Assembly (NCBI GenBank): GCA_965221165.1
Contig: CBDCRP010000003.1
Location: 1,216,001-1,280,000 of the forward strand
Source: a bacterium
GTDB taxonomy: Bacteria > UBA8248
Reading direction: 5' to 3'
DNA: 64,000 nucleotides
Part shown: piece by piece, positions 11,001 to 21,389 of the stretch
How positions within the stretch are numbered: the first letter of the stretch is position 1
Layout of the letters: each line of letters starts with the position of its first letter
Position numbers and translations under genes: made by a program
Notes under the pieces: generated by a model
Told to the model about the DNA's origin: nothing
The model's database searches: none
What the model saw: only the letters and a program-made list of their open reading frames with translations

Positions 11001-11057
11001 ACACAAGATGTAGTGCCAAGTCAACGCTTTTTTATAAAACAACACAATTTGTTGTGG
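11001..11057. promoter_or_regulatory. Two putative NrdR boxes overlapping the probable dcd promoter
   Basis: ACACAAGATGTAGTGC (11001) and ACACAATTTGTTGTGG (11042), 41 bp apart; minus-strand TTGACT -35 lies between them. Confidence 0.6.
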
Positions 11058-11141
11058 ATAGCCCGTGCGCGCACTGGGGATATTCAGGGGAAAAGCTGTG
11101 GAAAAAACGCGGATGGCGCGCAACCTCCATCGCGCGCCGGC

Positions 11142-11990
11142 TTATTTGAAGCGATCGACGTGAATCTTGATTTTCGCTCCTTCGCGCAAGCTCTTGAGCA
11201 GCGCCTCATACCTCTCCCGTCGCTTGAGCTCTGAATAGACGAGCTTTACGTCGTCTTTGACGTCCTCATACTTCGCGTCCGCCGCACCCACGCGCTCGGT
11301 GACCCGAATCACCTGCCAGCCGACGGACGTTCGAATCGGCTCGCTCGGCTGGCCGATGGGCAGTTTGAACGCCACGTCTTCCAGCGCTTTATCCAACGCC
11401 CCTCTATCGGCCGTGCCCATCATTCCGCCCGAGTCGCGCGTGGACTCGAAGATGGAGCGCTGCCTCGCCACCCGTGCGAAAGGAACCCCTTTTCGCAATT
11501 CGGCTACGGCGTCCCACGCTTCTTGTTCGGTTTTGAGCACGATGTGGGCGAGGGTCACCGTTTCCTTGCGGCGAAACCGCTCCTTGTTGGCGAGAAAGAA
11601 ATCCCGCAACTGTTGCCCGGATGCTCCGGTCGCCTCCAGGTCTTGCTTCAGGAATTCCTCGATGACGAGCCTTCGCTTCAAGCGCTCGACCCTGTTTTGA
11701 ATCTGGGGCGATGCATCTATTTTTCGCCGGAGCGCCTCCTGATACAAGAGTTCCCCCTGCACCAAGCCTTCGAGAAACTGCTTCTTGTTCCCGCGAATAC
11801 GGATGCGGACGGCGGGGGCCAGCGCTCTTAGCCTCTGCTCTATTTCTCCCAAAGTGATCTTCTTGTCATTCACCTCGATGACGGCCTGATCCATATTCTT
11901 CACGGACGCACCGCCTTTCTTGCTCGCCCCTTCGGCAGCAAGGCCTCCGAAGAACACAACCGTCAGGATCAGCGCAGATATTTTTTTCAT
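11142..11990 (-). CDS. Exported PpiC-type peptidylprolyl isomerase (PrsA/SurA-like)
   Basis: Signal peptide MKKISALIL..., rotamase motifs AHIVLKT, FARVARQRS, SEPIRTSVGWQVI. Confidence 0.85.
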   Translation of the reverse strand: MKKISALILTVVFFGGLAAEGASKKGGASVKNMDQAVIEVNDKKITLGEIEQRLRALAPAVRIRIRGNKKQFLEGLVQGELLYQEALRRKIDASPQIQNRVERLKRRLVIEEFLKQDLEATGASGQQLRDFFLANKERFRRKETVTLAHIVLKTEQEAWDAVAELRKGVPFARVARQRSIFESTRDSGGMMGTADRGALDKALEDVAFKLPIGQPSEPIRTSVGWQVIRVTERVGAADAKYEDVKDDVKLVYSELKRRERYEALLKSLREGAKIKIHVDRFK

Positions 11991-12102
11991 GTCGACCTCA
12001 TTCCCTTTCTCTCTCGGCCTCGAAAAAACAATCCCAAAAACCAACGCCTAATATACCGCTAAATGGCGCCGAGCGAAAATTGTTTTCTTCGGGCGGGAGC
12101 CC

Positions 12103-13065
12103 TCAAACGAAATATATGAACATCAGCGCCAAATAGCACACATATCCCGAAAGGAGCGCGAACCCCGCGCTGCGCCCCATATCACGCTTCCATGAGGCGA
12201 GCAACAGGAACGCGACCATCATCAAGAGCATGAAGGGAAAATCCAGGACGAATGTTTGCCGCTCGATACCCAGGGGAGCGATGAGGGACGCCCCGCCGAG
12301 AACCCACGCGATGTTCAGAACGTTCGCCCCCATCACGTTGCCGACGGCCATATCCCCATGTCCCTGCAAGGATGCGGAAACCGCCGTGATCAATTCAGGC
12401 AGGGACGTGCCGATGGCCACGAGCGTAAGGGCGATGACCAGTTCGGGAACCCCGATGGCGCGGGCCAGATGCACCGCGTTCTGCACGAGCAGAACGCTCC
12501 CGAAAACGACCGCGAACGAACCGGCGATGAACCGCAGCCCGACATGGTGTATTTCCCGGTCGGTCATCGCGCTCCCGAAATCGAAATCCGTCCACGTTCC
12601 CCGCTTCATGCCGAACCACAGAAAAACAGGAACCAAACCGAACAAAACCAGCCCTTCCGCACTGGTGAGTTCTCCGTTCCACCCCAGAACAACAACCAAG
12701 GCGCCCAGCCCCAGCATGAAGAGGCCTTTGCGGAGAATATCTTCTCTGGACAGAGAAACAGGGTCGAGCAAAAACGCCACCGCCAAGATGAGTCCGATGT
12801 TGCAGATGGTGGAGCCGACCGCGTTGCCCACGGACGTGGCCGGGTGGTCCAGCCAGGCGGCAATGACGGAGACGCTGAACTCGGGAGCCGTCGTCGCCAG
12901 ACTCACCAGGGTGGCGCCGACGACCACTTTGGGAATTCCCGTTACCTCGGCGATGCCCACCGCGCCGTCGGTGAACCAGTCCGCACCTTTCGTGATGATG
13001 ACGATGCCCAGAGAGAACGAGAGGAAATTCACCCAGATGGGAAAACTCGCGAAATATGCTTCCAT
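12103..13065 (-). CDS. Calcium/sodium antiporter (YrbG/CaCA family)
   Basis: Two alpha repeats LATTAPE...GNAVGS and IGTSLPE...GNVMGAN. Confidence 0.92.
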   Translation of the reverse strand: MEAYFASFPIWVNFLSFSLGIVIITKGADWFTDGAVGIAEVTGIPKVVVGATLVSLATTAPEFSVSVIAAWLDHPATSVGNAVGSTICNIGLILAVAFLLDPVSLSREDILRKGLFMLGLGALVVVLGWNGELTSAEGLVLFGLVPVFLWFGMKRGTWTDFDFGSAMTDREIHHVGLRFIAGSFAVVFGSVLLVQNAVHLARAIGVPELVIALTLVAIGTSLPELITAVSASLQGHGDMAVGNVMGANVLNIAWVLGGASLIAPLGIERQTFVLDFPFMLLMMVAFLLLASWKRDMGRSAGFALLSGYVCYLALMFIYFV

Positions 13066-13126
13066 GCTCGAGGAGCGTCCTTTATATGGCGCTATATGGT
13101 GCCGACTTCACATGGCCGGCGATAGA

Positions 13127-13918
13127 TCATTTCCCCTGGAACCGGGGGTTGCGCTTTTCCAGAAAAGCGGAAATTCCTTCCTGAAAATCCGAGCTGGCGA
13201 TCGTCTCGGCCTGCGCTCCCGCCTCCGCGCGAAGCGCCGTCGCCACGTCCAGGCCGCCTGACCCGCGAATCAGCTTCTTCGCCGCGCGAAGCGCAATCGA
13301 CGGTCCATCGGCGAGTCTTCGCCCGAAGGCCATCGCCTCTTCCATGAGCGCGTCATCGGGATGAACGGAGCGAACGAGACCGATGGAGAGAGCCGCGTCC
13401 GCATCGATGATATCGCCCGTCAGTATCATCTCCAGGGCTTTCGCGCTGCCTACGACGCGGGGCAGGAAGAACGTGCCTCCGCAATCGGGGACCAACCCCA
13501 CCTTGGAATACACCTGCCCGAACGATGCGCCTGCGCCCGCCAGGCGGATGTCGCATGCCAAAGCGATATCACACCCCGCGCCCACGGCGAAACCATGGAC
13601 GGCCGCTATCGTCGGGCAACGGACCTCATGGAGTTTCGCCAGGGATTTCTGATAGTCCGGCCAAAGGAATTCCTCCATTCTCTCGCCCGCCCTGATGCGC
13701 GCCTCGATTTCCTTCAAGTCCCCGCCCGCGGAGAAAGCGCGTCCCGCCCCGCTTAAGACCATCGCGCGGACGTCGGGTTCATTGCACCTCTCGCACACCT
13801 CAAATAAGTCTGTCGCCATTTGCCGGCTCAGGGCGTTGAGCGCTTCGGGACGATTGAGCTGGACGAGGGCCAGGCCGTCATCTTCCTCGAAATCGATGGT
13901 CTCCCACGTCATGATCAT
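13127..13918 (-). CDS. Enoyl-CoA hydratase/isomerase family protein
   Basis: LNRPEALNAL, FSAGGDL, AVGAGCDIALACDIR, AFLEKRNPRF. Confidence 0.92.
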   Translation of the reverse strand: MIMTWETIDFEEDDGLALVQLNRPEALNALSRQMATDLFEVCERCNEPDVRAMVLSGAGRAFSAGGDLKEIEARIRAGERMEEFLWPDYQKSLAKLHEVRCPTIAAVHGFAVGAGCDIALACDIRLAGAGASFGQVYSKVGLVPDCGGTFFLPRVVGSAKALEMILTGDIIDADAALSIGLVRSVHPDDALMEEAMAFGRRLADGPSIALRAAKKLIRGSGGLDVATALRAEAGAQAETIASSDFQEGISAFLEKRNPRFQGK

Positions 13919-14100
13919 ATTCTCCCGTATTCATCATTGCCGATTGATGTGGAAAAAGATTTTAATTTTCCTTACAATATGGCATATCTTCCGAAGTTGG
14001 AAGGAAGAGGGTTGCTCCGATCCGGGGAATACGCCGGATATCGCCGCGTTTTGTGCGGCCATCGCCCACCTGATTCCCTGGTAGTAGCGAGCACGGGAAC

Positions 14101-14742
14101 TTGATTGAGGGATGCAAAGTGGAATCGCCGGACGCCGTCATCAAGATATACGATCGCTGGGGGAAATTCTACGATTTCGTCTTCAAGCACATATTTCATG
14201 AAGGCAGAAACGTCGGAGTCGACCTGCTCGACCTGAAGCCGGGCGAGAAACTGCTCGAAGTAGGCGTGGGCACCGGGCTTTCCCTGCCGCTCTACCCGCC
14301 TACTTCCGAGATTATCGCCATCGACATTTCTTCGAAAATGCTGGAGAAGGCAAAAGAGAAAATCGAGAAGATGGACCTCGGAAACGTCGAACTCGCCGTG
14401 ATGGACGCGCAGAACATGGCGTATGAGGACAACACCTTCGACTGCGTCACCGCCTGCTACGTGGTGAGCGCAGCCCCCGACCCGCACAAGGTCGTCGCGG
14501 AAATTTCTCGCGTGTGCAAGCCGGGCGGGCGCATCGTCTTCATCAATCATTTCAAGAGCCAGAAATTCTATCTGGCCAAGTTCGAAGAGCTCATCAACGG
14601 CGTCTGCAAGAAATTCGGATGGGAGACCACCCTGGACTTAAAATTGCTGCTCGAAGCGAACAACCTGATCCTCGAACGCCAGGAGCGCGTGAACATCTTT
14701 GACTACTGGCGCGCGGTACTTTGCAGAAATCCCGATAAATAA
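14101..14742 (+). CDS. Class I SAM methyltransferase, PmtA-like (phosphatidylethanolamine N-methyltransferase type)
   Basis: YDRWGKFYDFVF, LEVGVGTGLSL, VCKPGGRIVFINHF. Confidence 0.8.
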   Translation: MIEGCKVESPDAVIKIYDRWGKFYDFVFKHIFHEGRNVGVDLLDLKPGEKLLEVGVGTGLSLPLYPPTSEIIAIDISSKMLEKAKEKIEKMDLGNVELAVMDAQNMAYEDNTFDCVTACYVVSAAPDPHKVVAEISRVCKPGGRIVFINHFKSQKFYLAKFEELINGVCKKFGWETTLDLKLLLEANNLILERQERVNIFDYWRAVLCRNPDK

Positions 14743-14805
14743 CGTCATTGGCCGCGTCCCGACCATCCCGATACGCGGCGCATCCGCCACCGCGCCTCTC
14801 CTGAG

Positions 14806-15714
14806 ATGAACCTCGAGTCGAACGCCTACGGCGTGCTGTTCGCTTCGATAGCTTCGGCCTCCTGGGCGGTGTTTATCTATTTCATCAAGCGCGCGCTCAT
14901 GAACGCGCCCGTCCTCAAGGTCACCGCCGCCATGACGAGCGTGAACGCGGCGCTCGTGACGATCATCGCCGTCTTCTTCATCTCGGTCGAGGATTTTTGG
15001 GGCGTCACCGCGACCACGCTGACGTTCGCCTTCCTGGCGGGCTTTTTCCATATCGGCATATCGCGCTCGTTCTACTACCGCGCCATTCACCGCATCGGGC
15101 CCAACCGCTCCATACCCATCGCGCTCACCTATCCCGTCATCACGGCGATCGGGGCGTCGTTCATGCTGGGAGAGACGCCGACGCTCTCTATTTTCACCGG
15201 CCTCGTGATCCTCCTGGTCGGCATCACGCTCATCGTTCAGGCCGAACCATCCCAGGAGCCGGAATCAAGCGCACACGGCGCCAGATGGAAACTCTTCGGC
15301 TGGATTTCCGCCGGCGTCACCTCGCTGCTCTGGGGCGTGGCCGCCGTCTTCTTCAAAAAGGCGTCCTTGAACCTTCACCCGCTCGCCACCGCTTCCATCG
15401 CGCTCTGGGTGGGAGCCGCCACGGCCTCGCTGCTGATGGTGTTGAGCAGGGGCGAGGAATCGCGCGGCCCCATCCCCGCTTCTGCGTGGAGGTGGATTTT
15501 CGCCGCGGCCGCGTGCCAGGCGATAGCCGTACCGCTCTATAACTTCGCGTTCGTCCACACGCTGGCCGTGCGCGTAACGGCCATCGTCTCCGCCCAGCCG
15601 CTCATCGTCTTGCTGCTCGGCTGGCTGTTCCTGCGCGAGACGGAAAACATCACCCCCCGCCTCGTTCTGGGCGCGCTCTTGACCGTAGCGGGCACCATCG
15701 TCGTCATCACGTAA
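14806..15714 (+). CDS. DMT/EamA family transporter
   Basis: ~10 hydrophobic helices in two repeats. Confidence 0.8.
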   Translation: MNLESNAYGVLFASIASASWAVFIYFIKRALMNAPVLKVTAAMTSVNAALVTIIAVFFISVEDFWGVTATTLTFAFLAGFFHIGISRSFYYRAIHRIGPNRSIPIALTYPVITAIGASFMLGETPTLSIFTGLVILLVGITLIVQAEPSQEPESSAHGARWKLFGWISAGVTSLLWGVAAVFFKKASLNLHPLATASIALWVGAATASLLMVLSRGEESRGPIPASAWRWIFAAAACQAIAVPLYNFAFVHTLAVRVTAIVSAQPLIVLLLGWLFLRETENITPRLVLGALLTVAGTIVVIT

Positions 15715-15814
15715 AACCCAAAGAGAGTTCCCCTCGCCTCACCTGAGTGCTACCCTTGAGCGTCCAATCATTCAAGGAATTTTTCGAAAACTTCATCACG
15801 AGAAGGAGAACAAG

Positions 15815-16291
15815 ATGGGCGAAGTCATTCACGTCACCAAGGCCCGCATCGTCAAGGAACCCGGCAAGGGAATGAAGACGGGCTATCTCGACGCATTCCC
15901 CAATGATCCGATTCCCTACGGCATTCACGGGGGAATCAAGAACTTCTACAAGGCGGAACCCGAAGTGGAGCGGCCAGCCACGCTGGATCATCTGGCCGCC
16001 GCCGTCGCCGGCTGACTGACGGGCAACATGGGAGGCGCGCTGGATGCGCGCGGGATAAAGAGCAGCCCCGACAACCTGGTGGCGGAAGTAGAAGGCATCA
16101 TCGAGAACGTGGACGGCATGGCCCTGGTCACGAAGATCAAGGTCCACTACAAATGCAGAATCCCCAAAGGAAAGCGCGAAGACGCCGAGCGCGCCCTCGC
16201 CGTGCACGAGAAAGGCTGCCCGGCCAGCCAGAGCGTGCAGCGGGGGATAGCCGTGGAGTACACGGCCGAGTTCGAGGAAGCCGACGAATAG
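15815..16291 (+). CDS. OsmC/Ohr-family protein, probable selenoprotein (UGA at 16013-16015 read as Sec)
   Basis: ORFs 15815-16015 and 16028-16291 are in frame; joined ...AAAVAG-U-LTGNMGGAL...HEKGCPASQSV; UGA occupies the first catalytic Cys position. Confidence 0.8.
16016..16051 (+). promoter_or_regulatory. Putative bacterial SECIS hairpin
   Basis: GCGCGC-TGGAT-GCGCGC stem-loop with a G-containing loop starting 26 nt after UGA. Confidence 0.6.
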
Positions 16292-16318
16292 ACGAACTTG
16301 GGAAACTGCCAAGTCGCA

Positions 16319-16414
16319 GTAGGGGCCGTTCGCGAACGGCCCCTACGTTTTTATTTCGATTCGCAGGGCAGAATTCTCGTAGCGGCCGCCCCACCATTCG
16401 CGAACGGCCCCTAC
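16319..16414. repeat. Two GTAG-type REP palindromes
   Basis: GTAGGGGCCGTTCGCGAACGGCCCCTAC (perfect palindrome) and a variant at 16379-16414. Confidence 0.8.
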
Positions 16415-16662
16415 AAAAACCGCAATCCCTCCCGCCTTGGTCGGGATTGACACCGGAATGACGAACAAACATATCAAATATACCGCCCCGTAGGACAATG
16501 GTTCGACTGACCGCGCTCATGTACCATAACTGACTGATTATATTCCGTTATTATGTTCACCATCCTCATTTTTCTTCTTGCGCTTTCGCCAGGCTTATGC
16601 TTGAATACGCTCACGCTTGACGCCTGTCGTATGCGTTTTGATTACTATTCAGGAGAGATGCC

Positions 16663-17823
16663 ATGCCGAGGAGAAGCGATCTCAGACTCACCAAGCGCGC
16701 GGTCGACGCGCTCGATCCCGGGGGGAAGGACACGCTGTACTGGGACCGGGACCTGGCGGGTTTCGGGGTGCGCGCGTACGCATCGGGGCGGAAGGTATAC
16801 GTGGTGCAGTCGAGGGGTCCCCGGGGTCCCGGCCGCGTGACGCTCGGCCGCCACGGGGAGCTCTCGTGCGAGGAGGCGAGAAAGCGCGCCGCCGGCGTCA
16901 TCGACCGCATCAAGCGGGGCGAGGACCCCGTGTCCGGACCGCCCGGGGCAGCGCTCAGGGTGGTGGACCTGGCCGAGCGTTTCATGGGGGAGTACGTCGC
17001 GCACCGCTGCAAGGCGGCGACGGCGCCCAAGTACCGCTCCGTTCTCGATAACCACGTGCTGCCCGCACTCGGCGCGATGAAGCTCGAGGAAGTCGGTGGA
17101 GCGGAGGCCGCGGCGCTCCATCACCGTCTGCGCGGGACGCCCGCGATGGCGAACGGCGTGCTCGACGTCCTCTCGCGGATGTTCACGCTGGCGGAAGCCT
17201 GGGACCTCGCTCCTCCCGGCAGGAACCCGTGCCGGAGGGTCCGCCGCTACCGGACCCCTCCGCGCGAGCGGTTCCTGACGCCTGGGGAATACCGTCGCCT
17301 GGGCCGCGCGCTGGCGGAGGCGGAAGGATCGCTGTGGCCGCCCGCGCTTGCGGCGATCAGGCTCCTCGCCCTGACGGGATGCCGGCGGGACGAGGTTCTG
17401 AACCTGAGATGGGAGGACGTGGACCGCGCGGCGGGAGAATTGAGATTGAGAGACACGAAGACGGGACCGCGGATGGCGCCGCTGACGAGGGCCGCGCTCG
17501 CCGCCCTCCCCCGGCGGGGGGATTGTCTCTGGGTGTTCCCCGCCCAGAGGGGCGGGAGGCGTCTCTCGAACCTCTATCACTACTGGAAGCCCGTCCGGTC
17601 GCGGGCGGGCCTTCATGACGTGCGGCTTCACGACCTTCGTCATTCATATGCGTCGCGGGCGCTCGCGCTGGGCGAGGGCCTCCCGGTGATAGGCAATCTT
17701 CTCGGCCACCGGGAGGTGGCGGCGACGGCGCGCTACGCACACCTGATGAGAGAGGCCGAGAGGGCGGCGGCCGCCCGGGTGGGGGAGAGCATCGGGGCGC
17801 ACGTAACGAGCCATGGGAGTTGA
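16663..17823 (+). CDS. Tyrosine integrase with N-terminal Arm DNA-binding domain
   Basis: WDRDLAGFGVR, LTGCRRDE, HDLRHSYAS, LLGH, TARYAH. Confidence 0.93.
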   Translation: MPRRSDLRLTKRAVDALDPGGKDTLYWDRDLAGFGVRAYASGRKVYVVQSRGPRGPGRVTLGRHGELSCEEARKRAAGVIDRIKRGEDPVSGPPGAALRVVDLAERFMGEYVAHRCKAATAPKYRSVLDNHVLPALGAMKLEEVGGAEAAALHHRLRGTPAMANGVLDVLSRMFTLAEAWDLAPPGRNPCRRVRRYRTPPRERFLTPGEYRRLGRALAEAEGSLWPPALAAIRLLALTGCRRDEVLNLRWEDVDRAAGELRLRDTKTGPRMAPLTRAALAALPRRGDCLWVFPAQRGGRRLSNLYHYWKPVRSRAGLHDVRLHDLRHSYASRALALGEGLPVIGNLLGHREVAATARYAHLMREAERAAAARVGESIGAHVTSHGS

Positions 17824-17829
17824 GCGGAG

Positions 17830-19029
17830 ATGACGAAGCCCACGATGAAAACGCTGTCGAACCGGATGGTGGATAAGCTTGCCGTCGAGAAGGACACGGT
17901 ATACTGGGACCGGGACCTCACGGGCTTCGGGGTGAGGGCGTATCCCACGGGCTCGAAAGTCTACGTCGCCCAGGCGCGGGGGCCGGGGGGACCCAGGCGG
18001 GTGACGGTGGGCCGCCACGGGGTGATCAATGCGGATGAGGCGAGGAGGCGCGCGGCGCTCGTCATCGCGCGGGTCAAGGCGGGCGGGGAGGCGGTCCCGG
18101 AGGCGCCCGGGCTCAAGGCCGGTCCCACGGTGGCCGAACTGGCGGAGCGCTATCTCGCGGAATACGCAGGCTCGCGGTGCAAGCCGCGCACCGTGAAGAC
18201 GCTGCGCTCCGTGGTGAGGAGACACATTCTGCCGGCGCTCGGGAAGATGCCGCTTGCGGCGGTGGAGCGCGCGCACGCGGCCGGGCTTCACCGGAAGCTG
18301 GGCGCCACGCCCGCGGCCGCGAACCAGGCGCTCGACGCGCTATCGGCGATGTACGGGCGGGCCGCGGACTGGGGACTCGTTCCCGAGGGGACGAATCCCT
18401 GCCGCGGGGTCATGAAATACCGCCTCCGCAGGCGGGAGCGCTTCCTCACCGAGGCGGAGTTCGAGCGCCTGGGACGCGCCCTCGACGAGGTCGAGGCGGA
18501 AGGCGGCGCGGCGGCGTACGCGGCGGCGGCCGTCAGGCTCCTGGCCCTGACGGGGTGCCGGAAGTCGGAGATACTGGACCTGCGCTGGGAGGACGTCGAC
18601 CCCGATGCGGCGGAACTCAGGCTCCGGGACGCCAAGACGGGCCCCAGGGTGGTGTCGCTCCCGCCCTCGGCGCTCAGGCTCCTGGCCGCACTGCCGCGCC
18701 TTCCCGGAAACCCCCGCGTCATCCCCGGCAAGAGGCCCGGCGCGCGCCTGAGCGGCCTGGACCGCGTCTGGCGGGCCGTACGGGCGCGGGCGGGACTCGA
18801 CGGCGTGCGGCTTCACGATTTGCGCCACTCCTACGCCAGCCGCGCGCTCGCGCTCGGGGAGGGACTCCCCGTGATAGCGAAGCTCCTCGGCCACTCCCAC
18901 ATACAGACCACGGCGCGCTACGCCCATCTCGCGCGCCACTCGGTGAGAGAGGCCGCCGAGCGCGTCGCCGACACCATCGCCGCGGACTTACTCGAAGGCG
19001 CCGGCGCACCGCGTCCCCGGGCGCCCTGA
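17830..19029 (+). CDS. Second, paralogous tyrosine integrase
   Basis: WDRDLTGFGVR, LTGCRKSE, HDLRHSYAS, LLGH, TARYAH. Confidence 0.93.
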   Translation: MTKPTMKTLSNRMVDKLAVEKDTVYWDRDLTGFGVRAYPTGSKVYVAQARGPGGPRRVTVGRHGVINADEARRRAALVIARVKAGGEAVPEAPGLKAGPTVAELAERYLAEYAGSRCKPRTVKTLRSVVRRHILPALGKMPLAAVERAHAAGLHRKLGATPAAANQALDALSAMYGRAADWGLVPEGTNPCRGVMKYRLRRRERFLTEAEFERLGRALDEVEAEGGAAAYAAAAVRLLALTGCRKSEILDLRWEDVDPDAAELRLRDAKTGPRVVSLPPSALRLLAALPRLPGNPRVIPGKRPGARLSGLDRVWRAVRARAGLDGVRLHDLRHSYASRALALGEGLPVIAKLLGHSHIQTTARYAHLARHSVREAAERVADTIAADLLEGAGAPRPRAP

Positions 19030-19450
19030 AACGAGGCGTCCCTCCCCGCTCAGGACTGACCGCCGCCGTCATCCATCCCGCCCGGGAAGGCGCGCGGACG
19101 GCGCCGCGGTGCGACCGGGTGATTCCCGGCGTTCCCGTTCATTCGCGTCCCTCCCTTCGTCCCGCTCGCCCGTCCGGCATCACGCAGACGGGAATCCGTA
19201 TCGTCCGCACGGAGCGAAATGAAAACAACAGCCACCTGTTCGCAAGGGTTTTCGATATCCGGTTTCCAATGCCCGCGCGCCTCACCAGCCCCGAACGCCG
19301 CCGTGGCCGGGCGGGCGAGCATCGCGCACCTCGCCCGGGCCGCGCACTGCGCCCGAAAGAGGCGGAGTCCGGCCGGGAGGGGGCGTCGGCGGGGCGTCGG
19401 GGAGAGGACGTCCTTCGCCGCCATCATCCACCCACCCAAGGAGGCGCGCG

Positions 19451-19750
19451 ATGCGGAAACCCAAACCTGAAGCAAACACCTTCCTCACCCATCTCTTCGG
19501 CCAGGGCCTGGCGGACGAGCGATACGAGATCAGGCGATACAAATCGACCGGGGGCGAGGTCCGGCCCGTACCCGCCGGGGACAAGGGCGGGCGCAGGAGC
19601 AAGCGCGTGACGGCTTCTCGCCGTGCGGTCCGGGAGATGCGTCCCGCGCGGGACGAGCTCATCGTCTGCACGGGGCTCCGGGTCCCGGGCAGCGGGCTGC
19701 AACTGTGGGGCGAGCATCTCGTGTGGGGCAAGATGTTCGACCGGGGATGA
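19451..19750 (+). CDS. Hypothetical protein
   Basis: AAGGAGG RBS before the ATG; no recognised motif. Confidence 0.45.
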   Translation: MRKPKPEANTFLTHLFGQGLADERYEIRRYKSTGGEVRPVPAGDKGGRRSKRVTASRRAVREMRPARDELIVCTGLRVPGSGLQLWGEHLVWGKMFDRG

Positions 19751-19839
19751 AGTCCCCCTTGGGGAGGACTTCTGCCCGCCAGACGTCTCGCCGGCACGGC
19801 GCCGTCTGGGCGGATTCACCAACGCATGAGGAAAATCAC

Positions 19840-20649
19840 ATGCCTCACAAGGACCCGAAAATTCGACGCGCATTCGAGCGCGAACGCCACAGGCGGCGTA
19901 CTGCGGAGCGCCAGGCGCTTGGACTTTGTCCAAAATGCGGTCACGGGCCTCCCGCGCCCGGACGAAGTCTTTGCGAATCCTGCCTCGAGAGAGGACGCAA
20001 GTCCGAGCAAGCCCGATATGCCAGGCGAAAACTCGAGGGGGCCACGTATGGCGGCCGCTGTCCCGAGAGCCGCCGGCGCATGGCGCGGGAGAGGAACAAG
20101 AGGCGCAGGCGCGAGCGCACCGAAGCCGGGTTGTGTGCCCTTTGCGGCGAACGAAAGCCCGTGGAGGGCGGCGCCGTCTGCGAGACGTGCCGTGAGGAAC
20201 GTCGAGCGCAGGAGAGGAAACTCTACCAAAAAAGGCGCGCCGGGGGGCGGTGCGGCAGATGCGGAGGACAGGTCTTTGCGGGAGCCTCGACGTGCGCTTC
20301 GTGCGCCGCAACCGAAGTTAAACGCCGACCGCGAAAGAACGCCGCGAGCCGGGCGCGGTATCGCGACAGGCGCGCCAGGGACGCCTGCGTTGATTGCGGA
20401 AAGGCTTCGGACGGAGCATCGAGGTGCGCCCCCTGCGCACGGCGCTCCTGGCACTCCTCGGGAGAGCACAGGGGTATGCCGCTCTTTCCGCCGCGCTACA
20501 CCGTGGTTGAACTCGCCACGGGTGTCGAGCACGGTCCTCTCGACTCCTGGGAGGAGGTGGCCATGTGCCTCGCCTTCGCGAAACTCTCCCGGGAGGAGGT
20601 GGAGGTCGTCGAAGACAGCTCCTGGATGGCGACCTTGACGGGTCGTTAG
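19840..20649 (+). CDS. Basic protein with four CxxC-x(9-11)-CxxC zinc-ribbon repeats
   Basis: CPKC..CESC, CALC..CETC, CGRC..CASC, CVDC..CAPC; GAGGA RBS before the ATG at 19840. Confidence 0.75.
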   Translation: MPHKDPKIRRAFERERHRRRTAERQALGLCPKCGHGPPAPGRSLCESCLERGRKSEQARYARRKLEGATYGGRCPESRRRMARERNKRRRRERTEAGLCALCGERKPVEGGAVCETCREERRAQERKLYQKRRAGGRCGRCGGQVFAGASTCASCAATEVKRRPRKNAASRARYRDRRARDACVDCGKASDGASRCAPCARRSWHSSGEHRGMPLFPPRYTVVELATGVEHGPLDSWEEVAMCLAFAKLSREEVEVVEDSSWMATLTGR

Positions 20650-21161
20650 TCGGGCCTCCGGAGCGTAACGACACGTGTCGCCGGCAGACGGGGGTCAGAC
20701 CCGACCGGGGAGGGAGGGTTCGGCACCGCCCTGCTGCGCAGCCGGCCAACCGCCCGCCGGCGGGGGGCAACTCACGACCCCGAACCCGGCGCACCCGTCG
20801 GATACGCATCGCCGGCGCCGGGGCGGCCCGGGCGAAGCGCCCCGATCCTGCGGACAATCCCGCCTGCGGCGAGATGAACGAAGCCGATTGAACCCCACGC
20901 CTCCCGATGCGCCTACTCTCCCCCATGCCTCGTACGTTCCAACCCCGGACCAGGGACGCGCCCGCCTGGCTTCCGGTCCCGTCCGCCTCCGGTACGACCC
21001 GGTCGGGACGGAGGCCGTTCAAGCTCCGTGGACGGCCCGTCAACGGTCGCGAACCGCCTTTGCAGAGGAAGAGCGAAGCGGGGAGCCGGGCAAATGCCCG
21101 GTAGGGAGAGGGAGGCGGTCTCCCTCCCGACGCCGGGGATGACCCGAGAGGAGGCTTGGCC

Positions 21162-21308
21162 ATGTACGAGAACGACTACGACGTCGACGTTCCCACCGCA
21201 GACGAACTGCTCGCAGAACTCGGACTCGACGCGTACACGATCCGCAGGCTCAGGTCCGAAGCGGCCCACCCCGAGGCGGTCGGAGGAGAGGAGTTTAGCA
21301 GGGTATAG
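21162..21308 (+). CDS. Small acidic hypothetical protein (48 aa)
   Basis: GAGGAGG RBS; MYENDYDVDVPTADELLAELGLDAYTIRRLRSEA...; below the ORF-track cutoff. Confidence 0.5.
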   Translation: MYENDYDVDVPTADELLAELGLDAYTIRRLRSEAAHPEAVGGEEFSRV

Positions 21309-21389
21309 GGCGAACGGAGGAATCGGGGAGAGAGTATCCCGGTCCCATCACCCGTCGTTATCCACATCACACCGAAAAGGAGAACCACC

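Noticed and set aside
15815-16291. Pseudogene or two small genes
   Set aside because: The stop is TGA at the catalytic Cys position with an intact frame and a SECIS-like hairpin, so Sec recoding is the better explanation.
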